Below, one piece after another: positions 62,501 to 64,000 of a stretch of 64,000 bases of DNA; the first letter of the stretch is position 1; each line of letters starts with the position of its first letter. Both the position numbers and the translations under genes were made by a program. Location: the NCBI GenBank assembly GCA_964016885.1, contig OZ024741.1:208010001-208074000 (forward strand), read 5' to 3'. The DNA is from Eledone cirrhosa (lineage: Eukaryota). The notes under the pieces are model-generated. The model did no database searches and was not told the origin of the DNA. It saw only the letters and a list, made by a program, of their open reading frames with translations.

Positions 62501-64000
62501 AATAGTCAAGCAGCAGTTAACGGGAGACATCGTCAACAATAGATAGTGGTACTCTCTCAAGAAAGCAATTAGAATAGAATCGATAGGGTTTAGCAGAGAG
62601 TTAGCCTTAGAGAAAAATAAAATAGAAAGAGAACTAGTAGCCAAGGAGAAGGAGGCACTTAGAAGTGGCAAAGTGGCTAGTGTGTTAGCGTCGAGAACGG
62701 CACTGGACCAGTTCTTCGATGCGAAACACGAAGGTTGCGCGGTCAGAAGCAAAACACGTGCTCTAGGAAACGCAGGAGCGAAAGCTATCAGCTGGGCCCG
62801 AGTGGCGGAGGCAAAATGTGGCAACAAGTCCCCGATTCGGTCTTGGAAAGACCAAAACGGACGCGTGGTACTTGACCCCAAGCTAATGTGCGCGGCCTTT
62901 CAGCAGCACTTTCCACGACTGTTTGAGCAGAACGACGGTGAGCCGAACGGGACAATGGACTTTAGTTCATACCTCGACTGCCTGCCGCGTCTCTCGAACA
63001 CGGACGCCGAGTTCTGCGAAAGACCGATCACGGACATTGAGATACGGGACGCTCTGGGCCGCTGCGGGATGGCCTACCCTATGAGTTTTACATAGGCATG
63101 CCGGACATGTTCTCAGGCGTCCTCGAAGCCGTCTACTGCAATTGGCAGCAGAACGGGAGAATTACCAGTTCTGCAGGTAAGGGCGTAGTAACGCTGATCA
63201 GGAAAGACGAGAAGAAGGGGTACGAAATTAACAACTTCAAGCCCATAACTCTGCTCAACACAGAGTTAAAAATTTTGGGCAAGGTGCTAGCGACAATGTT
63301 GGCGCCTGTCCTCGAGAACCTGGTAGGGAAAGCGCAAACGTGTGCAATCCCGACCAGATCCATACACGACAACCTCCACCTCATGCGATACATCATAGAG
63401 AGGGTGGGTAGTAAACCCGGCTTCGGTGGGGTTCTGATCAATTAGGATCAGTTTAAGGCATTCGATAAGGTCGACCATCGATACTTGGAAGCGGTTTTCA
63501 AGGCGGCCGGTTTTGGTCCCGTTTTCAGAGGCTGGATCGAGGCGATGCACACCAGCATTTGCTCGAGAGTCAAGGTGAACGACTACCTACTGGAGCCGTT
63601 CGCAATCACGCGTTCCATTCGACAGGGTTGCCCTCTCTCCTCCATTCTGTACGTATTGTCTCTAGAGCCACTACTGCGGAAATTGGAGCTGTTGCAGGGC
63701 ATCCTTCTAGAACCGGGACTGCCCAAAGTGGCGTCAGATTATGCCGACGACGTGACGGTAATGGTGTCGAGCACCTCGGAAATCGGGGTGATCGGCAACT
63801 TACTGAAAGAATACGAAACGCTGACAGGAGCAAAACTAAACCCGGACAAGTCTGTCGGTTTGCAAATCGGTATGTGGAGGCAAACCGATGACGTCCGACA
63901 ACGTCGTTGGACGCTGGACGGACGGATCGGTGAAATTGCTAGGGGTCTGGTTCGGTCCAGACCTCCAGATAGAGAAAAACTAGAACGAGGTTACGGCCAA
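59600..64000 (+). mobile_element. Tx1-group copy K (A subfamily, decayed, runs off the window)
   Basis: 5' UTR hairpin at about 59665, ORF1 remnants to 61661, ORF2 from ATG 61703 with APE and RT motifs. Confidence 0.93.

Overview
Eukaryotic, repeat-saturated window with no recognisable host gene. It is probably cephalopod/octopus, inferred only from SINE-like repeats and microsatellite style. About 43 kb (1-43.7 kb) plus 59-64 kb consist of Tx1/L1-group non-LTR retrotransposons (ORF1 with one CCHC knuckle; ORF2 with APE endonuclease, RT and C-terminal zinc finger) from several diverged subfamilies. They are stacked head-to-tail with (TATC)n/(GATA)n at nearly every junction, in two arrays that face each other tail-to-tail around 24.3-25.4 kb. 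The 44-59 kb part is (TA)n-rich. It holds a Penelope-like element with pseudo-LTRs and hammerhead motifs, a solo hammerhead mini-element, MITEs, SINE remnants, and a three-member 'hairpin + shared tail' family, one member of which carries 28S rRNA sequence. Main candidates for new biology: (1) a GATA-microsatellite-targeting Tx1 lineage with a structurally conserved 5' UTR double hairpin and a conserved splice-donor motif at the ORF1 stop; (2) the Penelope-like hairpin/tail elements with exchangeable cargo. Boundaries were read by eye and are approximate; no database searches or alignments were run.
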